Source: a virus (lineage: Duplodnaviria; Heunggongvirae; Uroviricota; Caudoviricetes; Demerecviridae). From it: a DNA stretch of 55,414 nt. The stretch lies in IMG/VR virus record IMGVR_UViG_3300016480_000208; one strand, 5' to 3'. Shown one piece after another: positions 43,032 to 53,394 of the stretch. A program made the translations under genes and the position numbers. A model generated the notes under the pieces. It was not told the DNA's origin, made no database searches, and saw only the letters and a list, made by a program, of their open reading frames with translations. How positions within the stretch are numbered: position 1 is the first letter of the stretch; each line of letters opens with the position of its first letter.

Positions 43032-44414
43032 TTAAGCAGCAGCGTACTTAGCAGACACAACACCGTTCGGGAACATGCGTTGCAGGTTCAGACGCTGAGT
43101 TGCGTAGTAAGCATCACGCTGCTTACCAGCTTGACGTTCTTTCTCAACAGTCAGTTGACGCTGACGCGGAACTACGAAGTTGTCGGTGTAAACGATAACT
43201 GCATACTCGGCACCCACTGCCTTAGCCGGGAAGTACTCGGAGATAACTACTGGCATACCGTAGATACGACCAACTTGACCTTGAAGCTTAACAGAAGCTT
43301 CACCAACTTGGTTAACATCTTGCCACTCAGGATCTTCCAGCAGGTCGTAGTAAGCGTCCAGGGAGACAATCAGAGTCAGCTTGTTAACGTTGTAGCCGTA
43401 ACGGCCAAGGTGACGACGCAGCTTGGAGATTCCCAGTGCAGTAACCTTAACAGAACCGTCAGCCTTAGCTGGGGTAGTAATAGCGCGGCTATCGTCCGCA
43501 GCGAACTTCAGCAGGCCCTTCGGAACGCCAGAACCAGTACCGTTCATGAATGCATTCTCAATCGCCTTAGCGTGAGATTCAATCAGGTGACGACGCAGGA
43601 TAGGCAGCAGAGGAAGAACAGCGTCTTCTTCAGTTTCGTCAGTCATGAAGATCTTAGCAGCCAGTTTGAAGGTGCTGAAGGTCATTTCACCCAGGGTAAC
43701 TTCGATTTCGTTACCAACAGTTGCGTCGGTACCAAAGGTGGAGTTATCTACCCAGTTGGCAGTACCAGCTTCTGGGTCAACCAGCATGGTCAGGGTCTTG
43801 GAGTTCATCGGCAATTCGGTGAACAGGTTACCTACAACCAGGGCCTTCTGGATATCACGCAGCAAGTTGGTGGAGAAAGTGGTTTCGTAGTCTTCGCTAG
43901 AAACTTGGATAGAAGAAGAACCGTTAACGGCCTTCAGGTGGCTCTAACCGTACTTGGTTTCAAACAGGCTCTTCTCAGTCAGATAAGACAGGAATACCAC
44001 GTTTTCAACTTCACGGGACAAGTCCTCAGACTTAGCAAAACGCAGAGCACCTACGTTCATGGCTGGTAGGCCGGTACGAGCAGCAACCAGTTGGTTGATT
44101 TCGCCAGCTTGTGCCTTAACTTGCTCCTGCATAGCTTCCAGAGCGTCGGCGAATGCCTTGCCGCTTTCTTGCAGCTTAGATTCCAGAGTCTTGATGGTTT
44201 CGTTAGCAGCTTCTAGAGACTTACGCTGTTCTCCAGTGGCACCTTCGATAAGAGCCTTGATACGCTCTTGTTCAGCCTTCTCTTTAAGAGCCTTTTCCTC
44301 GGCTTCCTTCTACGCTTTCTGAGTATCGTTCAGAGTCTTCAGAGCGGTAGAGATATCGTCAAGACCAAGCTGGGCGCGCAGAGCGGTAATATCAATGTTT
44401 TGATTCTCGTTCAT
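43032..44414 (-). CDS. Major capsid protein (HK97 fold, T5 pb8-like; 2 TAG)
   Basis: KLAAKIFMTDETEEDA, DAYYDLLED.EWQDV, ERQAGKQRDAYY; 460 codons. Confidence 0.96.
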
Positions 44415-45052
44415 TTCACAGATTTCCTTAAGCACCCAAGCTGACGAGCTAGTTTTACAATTTCTGGCTCAACAGGGGCAATTTGTGTATTTTGTTTTTT
44501 GGGAGTAGGTTCTTTAATCAACTTAGCTTTCAACTCTTCACGGTTTTGAACACCAAAAGATTTTGCCAAGTCAAACATAGAGTCTTGGTTACAAGGGACA
44601 GAAACTACAGAAAGCTCTGTCATTTCTATCTCAGTCATAAGAAAAACATCAACATCAGGTTTATATTCCCAGTCTAGGAGACGGAATCCAATGGAGAATG
44701 CTTTTAGGATATTCTTCTTAATCTACTGGAATACAGCTGGGATTGTATTGGAAATCCTCACTCGAACAAAGAGACCTTCGTCTTTTACTTCTAAAGACTC
44801 AACTACTCCAATAGGCATGGAGTGGTTATGGTACGCCAGTACAATGGGGTTCTTTCTATAGTTAGAAAGCTAAGACTCTTTTTCCCACGTACTACGCGGA
44901 ATTAAATCCCCGGCCCTATCAACGGTCGTGGTATTAGCCATACCCTCAATTATGATATCGTCTTCATCACCACCTTCTGGTGCGGCTTTGATTACGGAGT
45001 TAATAGAGAAGTCTATAAGACCCTCTGCCCCCTTGAAGCGTTCATCACTCAT
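44411..45052 (-). CDS. Prohead protease (pb11-like)
   Basis: IEGMANTTTVDRAGD, *LSNYRKNPIVL, KAFSIGF, ELSVVSVPCNQDS. Confidence 0.93.
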
Positions 45053-45335
45053 CTTTCTTCACCATTACTTTAGGAGGTGGAGTAGGCTTCACAGGTTTGG
45101 CTGTATCTGGAATAGCCTTAGTAGGCTGTACAGCTTCACGTGTTTCTGCATACTTCGTAAACTCTTCTTCCAGTTTCTGGAAGGCTTTACCAAGAGTAGG
45201 CTCACAGTAAATGCCTTTCAGCATCGCTGGAGTTACAATGGATTCAGTCTATCTAGTAGCGAAGAATAGGTGACGTGGAGGGAGCTTTTTACCGAAAAGC
45301 TTAACCAGCTATTCAAGTTTGCTTTGCTCAATCAT
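45045..45335 (-). CDS. Small protein between portal and protease (position of T5 pb10), Pro-rich C-terminus
   Basis: 96 codons; ATGA overlaps on both sides; 2 TAG. Confidence 0.7.
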
Positions 45336-46573
45336 TTGTCATCCTCGTTTGCTGGCCTGCCACCTTCTTGTCCTGAAACCCCAGTACCAGAACCCTAGAT
45401 ATTCTAAGGTACCCTGATTTGAGTTGTTTCTGGCAGTTTCAGTGCGGAAAGCCCTAACATAAGTCTACCTTCGTCTGCCGTAATCAACCCGTTATTCACA
45501 AGCTACGTTACACGGGTAGCTTCCTTCTGAGTATCAGGTGAGAGAGCAAATACGTCCGAAGTATCTAGTTCGAAGCTATAACCGAAAAACGCAGAAAGCT
45601 AACCGGTAAATTTCTTTAGGTTTGGTAGAATTGTTAAACTAAACATCAGGTCAATATTTGGCCTAATGTTAGCATTGTTCCCACCCTCAAGAAGGATAGG
45701 CGGAACTCCCATCTATGTACAGATTGCCTCGTTGTGGGCCTTCTTATCTTCATTGATACCTAACTGACCCATATCGATTTGGGCAGTGTTTTTAGCTTTT
45801 AACCCCGCATCTAAGATAATTGCAGAGTTCATAAACTTACCATTCTTGGTATTAAAGTTTACGTTTATGGTATCTAGGAGTTTGTCCTTAAAAGACTTAC
45901 TTAGTACAGATTCTGACTCCAAGATAAGACCAAGCATAGTACCATTATCTAGGTAGCGCTCCTTGAAAGAGCTTAGCTTGTCTTTTCTTATGATATCATT
46001 TTCCGCAGCCTTATAGCGCGAGTTCGCGCTGATGGCTGATGCCCCTACCCCGTGAGTGTAAGAGTTATCCTTAATAAAGATAACTTCATCAGTACTTAAA
46101 CGACGGTCTCCAAACATGTAGTATTCCACAATATTATTACTGCCGGAGTATACTTTGACTTCTGTTTCTGGAATGTGGTAAAGGGCAGTGCCGTCCCATA
46201 CCGCAAAAGCTCTTCCACTCATCCAGTAGTCGGTAAGTAGGAGTCTCCAGAAGGAGTTAGCATCTTGGAATAGGTTTGGCTTAATCTCTAGTAGCTTAGC
46301 CAGGGTAGCCTTGCTTGCAGTACTATCTTTCCGATTCATCTCAGATAGACCCTTGGCTAGGGGGGTTACGTTAAGCTTTTTGCCAACCGTAATTTTTACC
46401 TCAGCCTAGCTATCAACTAGGATATTTACGCACCTATTGAAAACTGGGTCGAGCTTATAGGAGTCTGCCGCAGTTCTCTTGTTAGGGGTAGCGGTTTCGC
46501 CCATAGGCTCTTTATCTTTGATATCAGACTGCACTGGATTCTTTTTGGTGAATAGCCAGCTTTTAATATTCAT
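45332..46573 (-). CDS. Portal protein (pb7-like)
   Basis: GGNNANIRPN, LVNNGLIT..EGR, IRVP*NI*GSGTGVSGQEGGRP; 413 codons. Confidence 0.95.
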
Positions 46574-46584
46574 TCGGTGTCTCC

Positions 46585-47010
46585 TTAGCACTTAAATCTG
46601 GAGAAGCGACCCTAAGAAGCCTGGGTATGGGAGCCCGACTACTTATCGTGTTGCTTCTGAACCCAATTACGTTGGGCATCTGCTGTATTAAGGAGAGGAG
46701 TCACACCATAGATTCTGTGCAACTCTTTGTGGTGTCCCTAGCAAAGAGTTACTGTGTCATCAACTAGTTCGTACCACCGCTCCTTATAAATCTCTTCCCG
46801 GATTGAAACACACTCGTCTTCCGTTTCCGGCTAGGGCAAGTTATTTGCAGTGATAAACTAGTCCACAACTAGTTTAACAGAGTGATAGTGGTGTAACTCC
46901 AATTCTTGTTCAGAGGAACAAATGGCACAGCATTCCTACTTTTTGTAGTTCTACTTAATACCATCGCGTACGTACTTAACGACGTCACGCTTCTTAGTGT
47001 TAGCAGCCAT
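46585..47010 (-). CDS. T5-type nicking HNH endonuclease
   Basis: RDGIK, CCAICSS..ELELHHYHS, VTLC*GHH..LHRIY. Confidence 0.88.
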
Positions 47011-47035
47011 GGGCTCTCCTCATTTCTATATAAAC

Positions 47036-47064
47036 ATGATATGCTATAGGTTTGTATTTGTAAA
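47036..47064 (-). promoter_or_regulatory. sigma70-type promoter candidate
   Basis: TTTACA-N17-TATCAT on the minus strand. Confidence 0.5.
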
Positions 47065-47097
47065 GATACGTTTAAAAGTTCACTGGCACAGACTAAA

Positions 47098-47499
47098 TTA
47101 GAAGGTGTACTTCCAGTGAAGGGTTAACACACCTAACTTACTTGAGGGGATCCAACCTATAATAGAAGTAATGGGCCCTGTTTTGTATCCCAACTCAAAC
47201 TGTCCAGTAGGTAACAAATCATAATTAATGGGTGTGTCGCCATACCCAGTAACCGCCCCAACTTGTACACCCTAATAAACGTCATCAAACCACCAACCAT
47301 AGCTCTTAGTAACCATTAAGGAAGGCTCATAGTAAGAGTTGTTGAACTATACCACGCTCCAGCCACCATGTTCAAAACCAACAGCCAGATTACGCTCGTT
47401 AAGGTGTCGGGTCTCGTTCTTGTATGTATACTCTCTATCACCGATATGGTAGGATAAGCCCCCTAAAATTAGGGAGCTCTACAAAGTCAACTATAGCAT
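47098..47499 (-). CDS. Exported beta-rich (outer-membrane-barrel-like) hypothetical protein
   Basis: Signal-like N-terminus ML*LTL*SSLILGGLSYH, NERNLAVG, GAVTGYG, aromatic C-terminal F. Confidence 0.65.
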
Positions 47500-47502
47500 A
47501 AA

Positions 47503-48795
47503 TCACCTTACGAAAGTATAAATTGCATATCTAAATGCGTCCGCAACGTGAGAGTACTCATCATGTAGGGGTCTTGGATCACGGCTGGGGTCGATTTCAG
47601 GATCCCACTGATAGTTACGCAGCATCATAATATGCTTAGTACAGTTGTCTAGAACGAATAGTTTGTCCTGCTGGAATAGGGATTGGATGTACTCGATACT
47701 ATCAAGAGTAGATTTCTTCTACTTGATACTCTAAATATCATGCAACATCTACAAGTCAGCAGCAAACTGCGCGGCAGCGTAGTCCACAAATACCATGTCA
47801 ATCCCATACTTGTCCATTAGCTTAGTGAAGTTCTCAGCATGCTGCTAAGTAGTAAGTCGAGCCTATTCGTACTCATCACATACATAGAATATATCCTTCT
47901 AGCCGTGGTACAGCAGACAGCTACCAGCAGTACTATCGGTATAACCGTGGTCAATACCCATAATGAATTCGAAGGTACCATCGTACTAGGGGAGCTATGG
48001 AACAACGTGACGCTCCTGGTCGAAGCAGGTAAAAATCTGAGTTTCAAATACGTCGAAGTCAGCCTCGTATTCTTGTCTGAACTTCTAAGGAGAACAAGTA
48101 CGACGAGCTTCTTCAATAACAGATTCTGGAACGCGAGGGTTGTCTCGGTAAGTACCGTGTATAGATGCCCAACGACTAAGCTCTTTGTCAGTACCCCGGT
48201 CATAGAAGGTACGGAACCAGTTATCCCCACGTGGGGTACTAATGAATAGCTACTTACTATTCATTTTATCAAGCATCGGACCAATCTGTACGTCAAAGGT
48301 ATCACCACCACGTCTATCAATCTACGCTTCTTCATAGATTACTAGGTCATAAGAACGTCCTACTACTGAGTCTGCGCGGTTTACGGAACCTAGTTTAAAA
48401 AAGGAACCATTCTCAAGTTCGATTTCTTTATCCTTAGCGTTCTCTTTAATAGTCTCTACACCTGAGCCTTTAAGAAGCTTCTTAATTTCGTCCCACCCGA
48501 TGTTCGCGATAGAGTAGTTAGGCTACATTACCAGCACTGAGGCACCTGGCTCTAGGAGCTTTAGAAACTAGCAAGTGTAAGCAATAAAGGACTTACCTAC
48601 ACGTCTGGAAACGCAGCAAGTAAGATAACGACAACGCGGGTCGTTAAGCTAATTAATAATACCTATCTGTACTTTGTTAGGCTCTACACCTATTACGTCC
48701 AGGTAGTTCTCTACTGGGAGCTAGAAGAAGCGTTCATCGACTGGGATATTCTTATTTAGCTCCTAATAAGTTATCCAATCTCGTGTGACCTTCAT
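47503..48795 (-). CDS. Terminase large subunit (about 16 TAG)
   Basis: SRRVGKSF, GRSYDLVIYEEA*, LFISTPRG, GIDHGY, HDEYSHVADAFRYAIY; 430 codons. Confidence 0.96.
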
Positions 48796-49256
48796 TACCT
48801 CTTACCTTTAATAATCTTATCAAGCAACTAATTGTAGTTCTCACCACCATTGATTTGAATGTTGGTTGTGTTGTTATTTTGGATAAGATTTGTGGTCTCC
48901 TAGAGTTTCATTGACATCTGGAGTTCTTGCATCTTCATTTTATGAACCTTCTCTAGAAGTGTTACTATATCCATATCTGGAAGCATGCCTGTTTCTTCCA
49001 TTTCTTCAATCTTGGCATTTATAATTTCGTCTAGTAGCCCAAACATACGGTCTCGGTTTCTAAAACCGGCCTCCGCAAACTTTTGGTCTAGCAACGCTTT
49101 TACCGGACGCTGTGACAGAAACGCTGATACGTTTTCGATAGGCATATTTAACTATACGGCTGTATCAGACATATTGCATCCGTTAGACAAATATGAGTTC
49201 ATTACGGTAATAGCCTCAGGAGAAACCTCCAGAGGTACAAGTTCTTTAGACTACAT
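48795..49256 (-). CDS. Terminase small subunit
   Basis: EAGFRNRDRMFGLLD.II..KIEEMEETG, NY.*LLDKI; TAATG overlap with TerL. Confidence 0.9.
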
Positions 49257-49301
49257 GGTGTGTTCCTCCTAGCCACATACGGGCAACTTTCTATACTTAA
49301 G

Positions 49302-49330
49302 AGTATACCGTGGCCTCTTGTGAAGTACAA
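49302..49330 (-). promoter_or_regulatory. Promoter for the late operon
   Basis: TTGTAC-N17-TATACT on the minus strand. Confidence 0.7.
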
Positions 49331-49355
49331 CTCATTTTTTATTTTAGCAAAGCGA

Positions 49356-49384
49356 TTGCACTTAAGTGGGTTTCGTGGTATTAT
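49356..49384 (+). promoter_or_regulatory. Divergent promoter for the HNH-AP2 gene
   Basis: TTGCAC-N17-TATTAT. Confidence 0.7.
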
Positions 49385-49404
49385 ATAGTTTTGGAGGAAC
49401 TTCT

Positions 49405-49899
49405 ATGAACTTTAGTGATTATCTGTATTATGATGAGACTTCCCCTAGTTGTCTAAGGTGGAAGGTATAGCGTGGAAATCTTAAGTAGGGCGACGTTGCC
49501 GGTGGTATACATAAAAAAGAGAATAAGTGGAGGGTGTGTGTCGGAGGTACCAAGTACTATGCTCATAGGATAGTATGGTCGCTCCACAACCCAGGATAGG
49601 AAGTGCCTAAGTTTATTGACCATAAAGACCGTAACGGGTTAAACAATGTGTATAGCAATCTTAGATAGGCTACTCATTAGCAAAATATGTACAACCGTGA
49701 GTCTTCGTGCAGTGCCGTGAAGTTTCGTGGGGTTTTTCATCAATCGGAAAACTCGTGGCAGTAGCGTATACAGGTGGAGGGGCGTAAAGTTTCTCTAGGT
49801 TCGTACAATAACCCCGAGGACTAGGCAAGGTAGTATGATGAGTAGGCTAAGAAGTATTTTGGTGAGTTTTAGGTGCTTAATTTCCCTTCCGGCGCTTAA
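49405..49899 (+). mobile_element. HNH homing endonuclease with a C-terminal AP2 domain (10 TAG in 164 codons)
   Basis: DETSPSCLRWK, AHRIVW, IDHKDRNGLNN..SNLR, WQ*RI...LGSY..PED*AR*YDE*AKKYFGEF*VLNFP; GGAGG RBS. Confidence 0.92.
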
Positions 49900-50033
49900 A
49901 AGCACTTTCCAAAAATTTCAAGGGTTACACATGAAAAGGGGCCTATATAGCTAAATGAGAATGATAGTCAATTAACCGCCCTGGGGCTCAAAGGAAACCG
50001 GCCCCCTTTGGAGCCGGAAAAATTAACTTGATT

Positions 50034-50681
50034 TTATTCAGTTTGCATGATAGCCCCGAAAGTCAGAGCATAATGATCATCAAACAAGGGCAAGGATTCA
50101 TCCGGCATCATGTCAAAATCATCTTGCACTTGTTGATCCAATGCCGCCTGCATCCCTTGACGGAAAGCAAGATCTAGGCGCTCGTTAATGCTCTTGGCGT
50201 CGAAAGTAATCACGCCAAGGGAAGCGGCGGCCTCTAATACCCCGTCATGATCATCATATAGATGGATCACTGTTTCGGTGCGGGTTGCTTTGAGGTGCTG
50301 GAGCCAAGCCGCTTTGTATGCTGCATCACCCGAGCGCATGATAGCCTGCGCCATATCAGGCGGGAATGCCTTGTGCAGGCGATCACGGCTGGCAATGAGT
50401 GCAGTCTTTAGGCCATGCTGGCGAAGAAAAACATAATCACTTTTTCGCATAAATCGGGCGGTACAGATCCCCACGCTCTCCCCCTTATCAATCAGGGCCC
50501 TCATGTGGTCAGCCAATGGGAGCAGACTATCCGCCATGATCTTTTCGTGCTGGCAGGCTTCGGCGCGATAGCGGTCGAGGTTAAGATCCCCATTGGCCTC
50601 AAGGCAAGGGGCGACACGGTGCAGGGAGTCGATGGCCGTCCCATCGAGATCGAACAGGTGTAAGATCCTATCTTTAAACAT
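50034..50681 (-). CDS. dmp: Deoxynucleoside-5'-monophosphatase (HAD family)
   Basis: FDLDGTAIDSLHRVAPC, ICTARFM.KSDY, YDDH.GVL; GAGGAG RBS; TAG-free. Confidence 0.93.
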   Translation of the reverse strand: MFKDRILHLFDLDGTAIDSLHRVAPCLEANGDLNLDRYRAEACQHEKIMADSLLPLADHMRALIDKGESVGICTARFMRKSDYVFLRQHGLKTALIASRDRLHKAFPPDMAQAIMRSGDAAYKAAWLQHLKATRTETVIHLYDDHDGVLEAAASLGVITFDAKSINERLDLAFRQGMQAALDQQVQDDFDMMPDESLPLFDDHYALTFGAIMQTE

Positions 50682-50748
50682 ATTTTTAATCTCCTCAACG
50701 GGTTTTGAAATCGCGCCTGCCAAGGACTAGGCGCGAGTTACTGCATAA

Positions 50749-52314
50749 TTACGCAATGATCTGCATGGATCCATCATTGCAGACGATAACGTGGGAGTGC
50801 GACCAACTGGACGCGCCAACGTTATATCCCATATCGAAAGAGCCAGTCACACCCGATACGGCTACACGTTTGCCGTTTTTATATCCGCTGTGAGAGTGGC
50901 CGATCACATAAGATCCCCCCAAACGCTCGAAAGCAGTATACCCACCCCGAGCCCCATTAATGCCAGCGTCGCCATGATTGGATAGTTCTACCCCGTGAAC
51001 CATGAAAGACTCGTCACGGTTCAAAAACTTGATCCGGTTGTAATCGAGATCCGGCGCTACTAGGCGCAAAGCACGCTCAAGCGGGATCTGATTATCCTTG
51101 CCCCCTTCTAGTGCGGTCTGGTATCGGGGCTTTTGAAGGTCACACCAAAGGGGCAAATTAACCGGATCTTGGCGCGGGTCGGTTTCTTCAAGCCAGCGAT
51201 CCAAGGCGCGATCATGGTTTGAATTGACGATCACGATCTGGGCGTCGGTATCATTGAGCAGCAGGGAGATCACGGCTCCAGCGTCGGCAACATCATCAGC
51301 AACGGTGCGGCCTTGCTGGGTGGCGAGGAATAAGCCGGATCCCCTGTTGTGGTGATTACGGCTAGTGAAATCGAGGAGATCATGAAGAACAACATGCCCT
51401 GCCAAGGTTTCGCTTGCCAATTGGATCAGGCGCTCCATCTCGTCATCATCCAGCTTTTCGGCGTGGATGTCGCCAGCGACCAGAACAGCATCACCGACCG
51501 GATCCGCCAAGCCGTATTCATTGATCGGCAGGCCACGGAAGAAACCTTGACCATCATTGTTCAGTTGAACCTGATCGAAGGTGCCGTCATCGTGAACCAC
51601 AGTGAAGCCGATAATATGATCGGCTGACGCTTCGGAGCCTGCACGACTGACACGGTAGCGAGGAGCGCAAAGCGTACCAGTGGTGACGATCCAGCGTTCC
51701 GGCTGGCCCTTGGCGCGTGGGAGTGATTCAGCTTGTTGTTTGACGTGTGGGAGAATCGTTAACAGGCGATCCCCTGACAACAGCTTAGCCATATTGATTG
51801 GCTTTTTGGCCGTGGGCAACACGTCGCCATTCAACAGCAGCACCGATTCATCACCCAGCCAAGCGGGTGCAGCTTCGCAAGGCATGATCAAGTGATCGGC
51901 CTCATCGTTTTCTCCGACCATATATGAACAGGCCACGGGCAACAGCTCATAACCCAACTGGTTAGCCAGCATCCGGGCAGTGGCAACGGCAGGGGCCACA
52001 AGCGCGGTGTTATTCTGGATACTGAAAACAATATACCCGCCAACAGGCTTAACAGGCGCGGCCTTGAAATGTTGATCGCTGGTGGTGAACTCCGGCGGCA
52101 GGGGCTCGGATAGCCCCTTGGCTTTCTTGCCCTTGGTGGGCTGGTTAGCGTCGAGGAAAGCGGTGATCTCCTTTACACGGCCCCCCTTGAAAAAGCGATC
52201 TGCCAGCTGATCCACGACAGCGGCGCGGCTGGTGTCGAGGTGCTTTCCGTAAAAGTTGAGCCCTAAGGCTGCGGCCAGGATTTCAGCTTGTTGATCTTGG
52301 GTAAAGTTGTGCAT
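50749..52314 (-). CDS. A1: A1 protein (DNA transfer / host DNA degradation)
   Basis: GDIHAEKLD, HDLLDFTSRNHHNR, SNHD, GVTGSFDMGYNVGASSWS; 521 aa; TAG-free. Confidence 0.95.
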   Translation of the reverse strand: MHNFTQDQQAEILAAALGLNFYGKHLDTSRAAVVDQLADRFFKGGRVKEITAFLDANQPTKGKKAKGLSEPLPPEFTTSDQHFKAAPVKPVGGYIVFSIQNNTALVAPAVATARMLANQLGYELLPVACSYMVGENDEADHLIMPCEAAPAWLGDESVLLLNGDVLPTAKKPINMAKLLSGDRLLTILPHVKQQAESLPRAKGQPERWIVTTGTLCAPRYRVSRAGSEASADHIIGFTVVHDDGTFDQVQLNNDGQGFFRGLPINEYGLADPVGDAVLVAGDIHAEKLDDDEMERLIQLASETLAGHVVLHDLLDFTSRNHHNRGSGLFLATQQGRTVADDVADAGAVISLLLNDTDAQIVIVNSNHDRALDRWLEETDPRQDPVNLPLWCDLQKPRYQTALEGGKDNQIPLERALRLVAPDLDYNRIKFLNRDESFMVHGVELSNHGDAGINGARGGYTAFERLGGSYVIGHSHSGYKNGKRVAVSGVTGSFDMGYNVGASSWSHSHVIVCNDGSMQIIA

Positions 52315-52403
52315 TTGATAATCTCTCTCATTTGAGGCAAAGCGGTTAACGGCTAACCGGGAAAGGGCTCTATCATGTGATAGAGCCCTTGGGCTGTTAG
52401 CTG

Positions 52404-52841
52404 TTATGCTTCGAGATCTTCATTACCAATAGGGCGACCTTGTAGCAGGGCCAGCAGGGCCAGCAGAGCCGGACGGCCAGCATGTTCAAGGCTGGCGAAG
52501 ATCTCGGCGGCATTGTCGCCAACGGTCGGATCCTTCTTTACGATCTCGTCCGAGATCAGGCTCGCGAGAATCAATTTTTTCTGACGGGTGGCGCCAGTGG
52601 TGCCAGCGGTCGATTTCGCCTCACCTTTGATATACTCGCCCAATTGGGCCAGCTTTTGGCGAACAGACCGATCACTTGCTGCACCTACTGAGGAGGCCAG
52701 ATCCATCAGGAATGGCTTGCTGTTGGCGGTTTCTACCTTGCCCCCGTCCTTTTCGATCTGGGCTTTGTAGGCGGCGGCGACGATGGCGGCGTTTTTCTCA
52801 TCCCATTTAAAGGCTTTAGGGGCGTTTTTGGTGGTAGTCAT
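52404..52841 (-). CDS. A2: A2 DNA-binding protein
   Basis: FKWDEKN, ANS..L...A..VGAAS..SVRQKL; upstream of A1. Confidence 0.88.
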   Translation of the reverse strand: MTTTKNAPKAFKWDEKNAAIVAAAYKAQIEKDGGKVETANSKPFLMDLASSVGAASDRSVRQKLAQLGEYIKGEAKSTAGTTGATRQKKLILASLISDEIVKKDPTVGDNAAEIFASLEHAGRPALLALLALLQGRPIGNEDLEA

Positions 52842-52939
52842 AACTTAGATCCTTTTGTCAATTGTTAACCCTGATATTAAAGCAGGGCGGGCAGAATTGC
52901 CCGACAATAGCGCCATATTGGCGCTATTAGCTGGCAATT

Positions 52940-53068
52940 TTACTTAGTCATATATCTGACACGGAAAACATAGTCCGAAACCTCTAACAGGCGCATCCTT
53001 TGGCGCGGCGTTAAAAGGTGGTGCAAATGGCTATAGGCAGCGAGCGCGTTATCACAATTTAATAACAT
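52940..53068 (-). CDS. Possible small pre-early ORF (42 aa)
   Basis: GGAG RBS; MLLNCDNALAAYSHL...; TAA. Confidence 0.35.
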   Translation of the reverse strand: MLLNCDNALAAYSHLHHLLTPRQRMRLLEVSDYVFRVRYMTK

Positions 53069-53394
53069 ATTTATTACTCCGGTTAGCGGAACTCGGTGAA
53101 GGACTCAAATTGAGCCCTTGGGCTAGTCTCGCCTTTGTTTCAAAGAGCTTTACAGTGGTCGATCCCTATTCGGGGCCAAGGTGGAGGGGCGTGGGCTTGG
53201 TGTTCGTGCCTTGCTTGCTTTCCATGTGACAAATATTGCCCTACCACGTTTTCATTGTATAACGAGAAATTTTACTGGTGACGATTGATTCCACTCATCT
53301 AGGGAGGCGCTATTGGTTAATGAGACGGGCGCGCGTGATAGCATGGAAAAATCCGGCTGTCAAATTTATTTTTGGGGAGTTAACCCGGCTTAAA

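Noticed and set aside
43080-44069. 329-aa + strand ORF (and similar ones, e.g. 20260-20799, 21042-21614, 10578-10982)
   Set aside because: These are antisense shadows of real genes with strong codon bias; they have no RBS or recognisable motifs.
11229-49899. In-frame TAGs as pseudogenisation or sequencing error
   Set aside because: Interruptions are only ever TAG, never TAA, TGA or frameshifts. They occur in essential genes, and motifs and lengths are intact on read-through.
11229-49899. TAG=Gln (code 15) as the main meaning
   Set aside because: Gln would break small-residue positions such as the AP2 helix AARAYD.AA, portal PANVAG and TerL DEAA. Only a minority of sites align with Gln.
11229-49899. 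TAG=pyrrolysine
   Set aside because: No pyl genes or tRNA-Pyl are seen, and the TAG positions are Ala-like and far too numerous.
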